The position numbers and the translations under genes are program-made. Positions 59,801-64,000 of a stretch of DNA of 64,000 bases are shown here, piece by piece. The stretch is from assembly GCA_053919585.1 (NCBI GenBank), contig CM132789.1; one strand, given 5' to 3'. The DNA is from Euprymna scolopes (Eukaryota). The stretch's first letter is position 1. Each line of letters starts with the position of its first letter. The notes beneath the pieces were generated by a model that was given only the letters and a program-made list of their open reading frames with translations, made no database searches and had not been told where the DNA came from.

Positions 59801-62738
59801 CCAAACTGTAGAATGTAACAGCATCATATTGAGTAAGTTGGCTGCGGAAAGGAAAGAAAATTGAAATGAACAAAATTAACTTCTGTGTTGATGAAACTAT
59901 CAGGCAATATCTTGTATGTTTCTTGCTTATAAACAACTTTAATACACATTGAATTATTTTTATTTACTATTAATGAAATATTTGTTAAAATCAAAATTAA
60001 ATATAGGAAAACCAAAACAAATTTTTAAAATCACATTTAATAAAAGAAATTGTAAACACCAAACTTGCAGAGTTCGAAAGTACACAGTTTAACTTAGATC
60101 CATACAGTTCTAAAAATTACCACCCAGACTTGTATGGTTCCAAATATTAACACTTGCACCCATATCATTCCAAATATTAACACTTGGACCCATACCGTTC
60201 CAAATATTAACACTTGGACCCATACCGTTCCAAATATTAACACTTGGACCCATATCATTCCAAATATTAACACTTGGACCCATACCATTCCAAATATTAA
60301 CACTTGGACCCATACCGTTCCAAATATTAACACTTGGACCCATACCGTTCCAAATATTAACACTTGGACCCATACCGTTCCAAATATTAACACTTGGACC
60401 CATATCATTCCAAATATTAACACTTGGACCCATATCATTCCAAATATTAACACTTGGACCCATACCATTCCAAATATTAACACTTGGACCCATACCATTC
60501 CAAATATTAACACTTGGACCCATACTGTTCCAAATATTAACACTTGGACCCATACCATTCCAAATATTAACACTTGTCCCATACGATTCTAAAAATTAAC
60601 ACTTAGATCCATACGATTCTAAAAATTAACACTTAGACCCATACGATTCCAAAAATTAACACTTAGATCCATACGATTCTAAAAATTAACACTTAGATCC
60701 ATACGATTCTAAAAATTAACACTTAGACCCATACCATTTCAAAAATCAACACTTGACTTTAAATGCTTCTAATATTCAGATTGCCTGTTGATTCTTCTTA
60801 GATAAAAATATCCGACTAGGATTCTCACAAGTCTGACTTTGATTAATTTCACAACCTCTGACTCCACAACTCCGGTAAACACAACTATATTTTATAAACT
60901 ATTTTTGTCAAAGCCCAGCAGTCAGCAAAATGTCTCCACCCTGAGACAACGCCAAATAAATACAGCTTTTATTCAATAATATGCTCCATTATTTTGAATG
61001 AGTAGATTTAACCTGTTATTTTTAGATCAATTCCTATAAACTCGTTGATCATTCCAGAGCTGATTAAATTATCTTAGATTATGGAAGTTAGATTTCATAC
61101 TAATGATTTAATAAGTACCAACTAAAATTATAGATTTGTGACCTCAAGTGAAATCTGTAGTAACATTTAGTTGTGTTAAAAGCATTATTTTATATGTGCT
61201 GTTACATTACATAAGGAAGAGGAACTTTCTGATAGAAATTTATCCAACGTGTAAAGAAAGTTACGTAATAGCAGGAATTTGTTGTGGCGAAGATACCATA
61301 CAGATTCTTATCCTTGGGAGTCTGATGCTGAAGTAAATGAACATCTTTTCTTTTTTAAATCTAAATAAATCAAGAAGAAATTAAGATGTAGCCCAGAAGC
61401 AAATAATGGTGTTGATTGCTGTTCTTTTTAATTGCTTTCATTATTACAATCACAAGGGGGGGGGAGGCTACAATGACTACTACTTCTACAAAAAGATACA
61501 ATGAACGATTCAGCAGACTACTTACATATCAACAATTCTGTTTCTGTCCATGAGTCAACACAGTTATTTATAATGGTACAAAGAGTTAGCTGATCAAAAC
61601 ATTGCAAACTGGACAAGTGATTGTCTTGCTGTTGTAAACTCATAAATATTACATTTTGGGGTGGCCTTCAAGATATATATCTCTCCCTCCCATGGCGGGA
61701 TGATGGGACACAAGGGTCAGAAAATGGGATTAAACAGCGATTTCCCTAGCAGAAAAGCACTTTGACCTGCAAAAAATGCAGCCCAGTCAACATTCTCTAG
61801 TAGGAGTGCCTCAGGTGATTAGCAATAAATTAACTCTTTCTCACAAAAGCTAAGCCTGGGAGGGTGGACCTCCAAGAACTCCATAGGACCAGAGGCATAC
61901 TTTAGTCAACAGGAGACAAATCATCTCAACAATGACCTAGACTCTGTTGGTTTTGGTGTCGAGGGAAAAAAACCATGGCTGAAGGCTTAAAACATCTCAC
62001 CTTTCCCAGATGAGCGAGATCAGAATAAGCTTACACGCGAAAAAAGTGACATGCATAGGAATGCATACATAGAAAACTCAAACTGGACAGGAACGAACCA
62101 TGTGACTAAAGAGCAAGCTGCAAGTTTGTTTTTTTTTTAACTGGGATTTGGGAAGAATTCATTCAGAAACAAATCAAAATAGATGTATGAAAATATTGTC
62201 TGAAAAATCACCAGCAGGTTAAGGCTCTTTCTCTTTACCTGAATCATGTATTTAAAATATTCACCCACTATCTCATACATTTTAACTGAGAGATCTTTTT
62301 AAGATTCTGACTGTTCCTTGAAGTACAGTTGTTTGAATCTCTCTTGCACTTGGTTCACTAGGTATGGTTAGGCACAAATTTGCTTGTGTTGATTATTTGT
62401 AATTAACAAGAAATCAGTTAGAGAAAATAAAGAATCATAACCAGACACGTTCTACATCCAGCTGAGCGTAACGGACAAGCCCCAAAAATTCTTCAGATAA
62501 ATTAAATCTAATCAACATACATTTTAAATGTGTCATTTCTTTCGATGCCAAGAATATTTGGATTTTAGCAACTCAGTTTATTGACTTACCATGAAATTGT
62601 GCGTAAAGTTTTCAAGTCGGATACAAGTTCCTTAGTTTTGCTGTTTAGCTGATTCCATATTGGGTCAAGCTGCTGTCGTACAATCAGATCAAACGATCTT
62701 CCAATTGTATTCTCAACAGATACTTCATCGAGGTCAAG
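21168..62738 (-). CDS. ERCC4: DNA repair endonuclease XPF (ERCC4), 5'-incomplete multi-exon CDS; 15 exons visible, 1905 nt = 634 aa + stop
   Basis: Exons with GT-AG ends and compatible phases: 62590-62738, 59788-59841, 57183-57252, 56242-56323, 54644-54801, 51869-51955, 48475-48585, 43950-44138, 39515-39652, 36439-36567, 34008-34094, 30590-30763, 28899-29039, 25889-25984, 21168-21407. They join into one open frame with XPF motifs ([100 protein letters not shown]). Confidence 0.97.
22395..23270 (-). mobile_element. 3' fragment of the same LINE family
   Basis: [27 protein letters not shown]-type motif; shared 3' tail CTCGAGTGGCCT...TAAGTGGTGACTCCTTTGT. Confidence 0.85.
24300..24610 (-). mobile_element. 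Internal fragment of the same LINE family
   Basis: Reverse complement of about 18980-19255. Confidence 0.8.
25198..25626. mobile_element. Foldback MITE (partial copies near 45600 and 56860)
   Basis: AATGTTACCAAAGGCAAGATAAGTTACTTTTCTA / TAGAAAAGTAACTTACCTCGCCTTTGGTAACATT. Confidence 0.75.
25889..25984 (-). CDS. ERCC4: ERCC4 exon ([32 protein letters not shown])
   Basis: ttag acceptor, gtacag donor; YNPGPQ motif. Confidence 0.93.
26800..27165. repeat. 126-bp tandem repeat, ~3 copies
   Basis: TTTTTATTCAAAT...GACCTAGATATGAAAAAGATGTCAAGTTCATG repeated at ~26801, 26927 and 27053. Confidence 0.9.
27990..28330 (+). mobile_element. Dispersed SINE-like repeat (second copy ~49060-49335, fragment ~23770-23840)
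   Basis: Shared GGTACTACCACTCCGGGTCA...GGACCTGGGAGCAATGG block. Confidence 0.75.
28899..29039 (-). CDS. ERCC4: ERCC4 exon ([47 protein letters not shown])
   Basis: ccag acceptor, gtagac donor; conserved XPF block. Confidence 0.96.
30590..30763 (-). CDS. ERCC4: ERCC4 exon, catalytic motif ([30 protein letters not shown]...LLIEFD)
   Basis: GDxnERKx3D nuclease signature; ctag acceptor, gtaagt donor. Confidence 0.97.
31920..32200 (+). mobile_element. LINE RT fragment
   Basis: YINDLP...TYADDSSLY...[12 protein letters not shown]. Confidence 0.75.
32227..32660 (+). mobile_element. Non-autonomous Helitron-like element (related copy ~443-760; analogous element ~41850-42268)
   Basis: Starts A|TC, (GTCT)n near the 5' end, 3' GC hairpin then CTAG|T. 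Confidence 0.55.
32971..33010 (+). ncRNA. Degenerate minimal type I hammerhead (Penelope-like terminus relic)
   Basis: taca-CCAATGA-A-GACTGA/TCGGTC-GAAA-ATTA-tgta; core mutated from CTGATGA. Confidence 0.45.
33235..33600. mobile_element. Mariner-like end fragment (related pieces at ~43050-43290 and ~63250-63780)
   Basis: Shared TCTACATAGTCACCACCATTCTCAATGCA block and TTCCAAAAGTAA terminus. Confidence 0.6.
34008..34094 (-). CDS. ERCC4: ERCC4 exon, start of nuclease domain ([29 protein letters not shown])
   Basis: tttag acceptor, gtaagt donor; canonical IVDMREF motif. Confidence 0.96.
34609..35086. mobile_element. Foldback MITE with ~120-bp TIRs
   Basis: GTACTTGTACAGTTTAATCAAGACATTAAAAA... 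mirrored at the right end; lies beside a mariner relic (~34250-34580). Confidence 0.8.
36439..36567 (-). CDS. ERCC4: ERCC4 exon ([18 protein letters not shown]...[14 protein letters not shown])
   Basis: aacag acceptor, gtttgt donor; MVxPEEREG and RKGG motifs. Confidence 0.92.
36660..36905. mobile_element. Same family, shortened inverted pair
   Basis: GGAATCTGCACAGAAATTTGAACAGAACC block and GAGAACAGTAGTCTGAATAATCCAAATAAT terminus. Confidence 0.55.
39515..39652 (-). CDS. ERCC4: ERCC4 exon ([46 protein letters not shown])
   Basis: tttag acceptor, gtgagt donor; highly conserved XPF block. Confidence 0.96.
40085..40630. mobile_element. Degenerate foldback element
   Basis: GGCGGACCTGAACAAT / ATTGTTCAGGTCCACC termini and internal mirror symmetry. 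Confidence 0.6.
43365..43830 (-). mobile_element. RTE-like LINE 3' fragment
   Basis: GKVKENLE / WYGH-like region and (GAT)n tail, similar to 11400-11745. Confidence 0.55.
43950..44138 (-). CDS. ERCC4: ERCC4 exon (QEVDDF...DAYYGIL...IHPI...[25 protein letters not shown])
   Basis: gtaagt donor; GAGCAG tandem acceptor; PRYVxLYD...FVRQLE motif. Confidence 0.95.
44272..44653. mobile_element. Degenerate foldback element
   Basis: CAACGCATTTCAGGTGAAAACAC / TGTCTTCACCTGAAATGTGTTG termini. Confidence 0.6.
46675..47345 (-). mobile_element. Internally deleted LINE: 5' UTR and endonuclease start fused to the 3' tail
   Basis: [33 protein letters not shown] joined directly to the 3'-end sequence seen at ~20615-20830. 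Confidence 0.8.
48475..48585 (-). CDS. ERCC4: ERCC4 exon with a basic NLS-like stretch ([12 protein letters not shown]...VTLTQM...)
   Basis: cacag acceptor, gtaaaa donor; TLTQM motif of the XPF linker. Confidence 0.87.
49060..49335 (+). mobile_element. Dispersed SINE-like repeat, copy of 27990-28265
   Basis: High similarity to the 27990 copy. Confidence 0.75.
50514..50803. mobile_element. Tc1/mariner-type MITE, 290 bp
   Basis: 26-bp TIRs CAGGGTGGAACGATAAAATTGTCGCC (24/26 match) with TA on both sides. Confidence 0.85.
51869..51955 (-). CDS. ERCC4: ERCC4 exon ([29 protein letters not shown])
   Basis: tttcag acceptor, gtaaga donor, phase 0/0. Confidence 0.85.
52000..52745 (+). mobile_element. 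Decayed LINE RT and 3' fragments
   Basis: [16 protein letters not shown]-like motifs; 3' region similar to other copies. Confidence 0.7.
53000..53690 (-). mobile_element. LINE 3' fragment
   Basis: [11 protein letters not shown]...LLDRVQKR...[10 protein letters not shown]. Confidence 0.85.
54644..54801 (-). CDS. ERCC4: ERCC4 exon ([24 protein letters not shown]...[17 protein letters not shown])
   Basis: tttcag acceptor, gtatgt donor; LExxPKW and DDRTCxQL motifs. Confidence 0.95.
56242..56323 (-). CDS. ERCC4: ERCC4 exon ([27 protein letters not shown])
   Basis: tttag acceptor, gtaagg donor; resembles NARARVY of XPF; phase 0/1. Confidence 0.88.
57183..57252 (-). CDS. ERCC4: ERCC4 exon ([24 protein letters not shown])
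   Basis: gtgag donor, AAG acceptor; conserved NSGWLFLDS. Confidence 0.9.
58000..58600 (-). mobile_element. RTE-like RT fragment
   Basis: [13 protein letters not shown] motif. Confidence 0.6.
59788..59841 (-). CDS. ERCC4: ERCC4 exon ([17 protein letters not shown])
   Basis: ccgcag acceptor, gtaatt donor; QYDxVTF motif; phase 2/2 fits its neighbours. Confidence 0.92.
60090..60760. repeat. 30-bp minisatellite, ~22 copies (CCATACCGTTCCAAATATTAACACTTGGAC)
   Basis: Direct 30-bp periodicity with variant sub-blocks. Confidence 0.95.
62590..62738 (-). CDS. ERCC4: ERCC4 exon ([49 protein letters not shown])
   Basis: tttctag acceptor, gtaagt donor; XPF helicase-like region motif LDPxWxQL. Confidence 0.93.
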
Positions 62739-64000
62739 CTAGAAAAAGAAATAAGAAAATAGTAAGAATCATCTTGAAAGCATTTATTAAAATTTTGGAC
62801 GATCAAGCAACAGTTGTTCATGTGGCATTGGCTGATGAATTAAACTATTACAGAAAAAAGGACAGAGAAAATTGCAGGATTAAGGATTTTAATGGATTCT
62901 TCACCATCTTTACAGAATTATTCCATTTTTAACTTGTAACAATGTTTTCACTCTCAAATTCTCAGCATGTTACACTTGTTTTTAACTGTAGTTGCTCTTG
63001 CCTTCTACTGTTGTTGCACTCCACCTTTTCAGCAGGTGAGTCTCTTAGCATGAAAATAATAAGCATATACTCCCGCTCCTACAGCTCTTACAAATAACTG
63101 CCAGACAGAATGAACACTTTTAAATGTGTAAGTACAAGCATTTATCATCGACCATAATCATCAATGCTATCAGCAGTGAAGGTGTAGTCATAACAGCAAG
63201 TATAAAAGATGAAGATAAACATCTTAAATGTACGAGTTATTCAATTATGCAAAGGGTGTTCCAAAAGTTATGCCTCATATTTTTTATTCTACCCAAATTG
63301 ATCAATGCATTCATAACCTGAAAGTTTGATCTCTCTGTTGGATCAAAGAGGATTGCAAAGTGCAAAACTTATGCATTCATGATCTGAAAGTTTGATCTGT
63401 CTGTTGCAGAAATTGATAGTGTGAGACTAAGAAAACAATGTGTGTCAGAAGCAGAGACACGTCATTGAATTCCAGGCAAAAGTGCATTGAGAATGTTGGT
63501 GACTATGTAGAAAAATAAATTCTGAAATGCAAAAAAATCGCTCGTTTTAATGGTACCGGTCCCATTTTTGTAAATCCTCAACTTTTTGAGGTTAAAAAAA
63601 TATATAGGAGGCTTTACTTTTGGAATGACTATTATAGGACAAAGCATGGTCCAGACGCCCATGCACAGCCATTGTTTATTGCTGGCAAATGTGCATTAAG
63701 AATGGTAGTGACTATGTAGAAAAATAAATTCTGGAGCACAAAACGTCACTAGGCTTTACTTGTGGAATAACCCTCGTCAGTTCACCATTTGCAGCATGCA
63801 TCAAAATGTGTATTTTATTCAGTCAACTCATTTGCATGAGAGGGTAGCGTTGGGTTAGAGGAATAAATGTGAAATGTTCATTTTTGTCTCTTGACTTTGA
63901 TATTTTGATTGTAAGAGTACTTTATTCTAACACAATTGTGGTTAGTCAATTTGAATATCCCTCTTCATCCCTCAGATTGAATGCATAGTGAATGATCTGT

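Noticed and set aside
60094-60592. Three long repetitive ORFs
   Set aside because: Artefacts of a stop-free 30-bp minisatellite inside an ERCC4 intron.

Overview
AT-rich, intron- and repeat-rich animal genomic DNA; the repeat landscape suggests a mollusc, possibly a coleoid cephalopod (inference only). Two convergent spliced genes can be read. (1) On the minus strand, 15 in-phase exons (62738 to 21168, 634 codons plus stop) encode the C-terminal ~two thirds of XPF/ERCC4, including the GDY...ERK nuclease motif and the HhH tail; its 5' exons lie beyond the window end. (2) On the plus strand, the last exons of a divergent WD40-like protein with a poly-Asp tail (2821-16305) may carry a disrupted upstream exon. 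The standout feature lies in an intron of the plus-strand gene: a nearly identical tandem array of a 322-bp unit (6214-8055, ~5.7 copies). Each unit holds a tRNA-derived Pol III promoter (A and B boxes), a complete type I hammerhead ribozyme and a TTTT terminator, i.e. a retrozyme/SM-alpha-like self-cleaving SINE-satellite. A separate intact hammerhead sits ~115 bp upstream. A second, older tRNA-headed family ending in a Penelope-type minimal hammerhead occurs five times, always as tail-out inverted pairs. The rest is decayed LINEs (CR1/L2-like, RTE-like), Tc1/mariner relics, MITEs, Helitron-like elements, and mini- and microsatellites.
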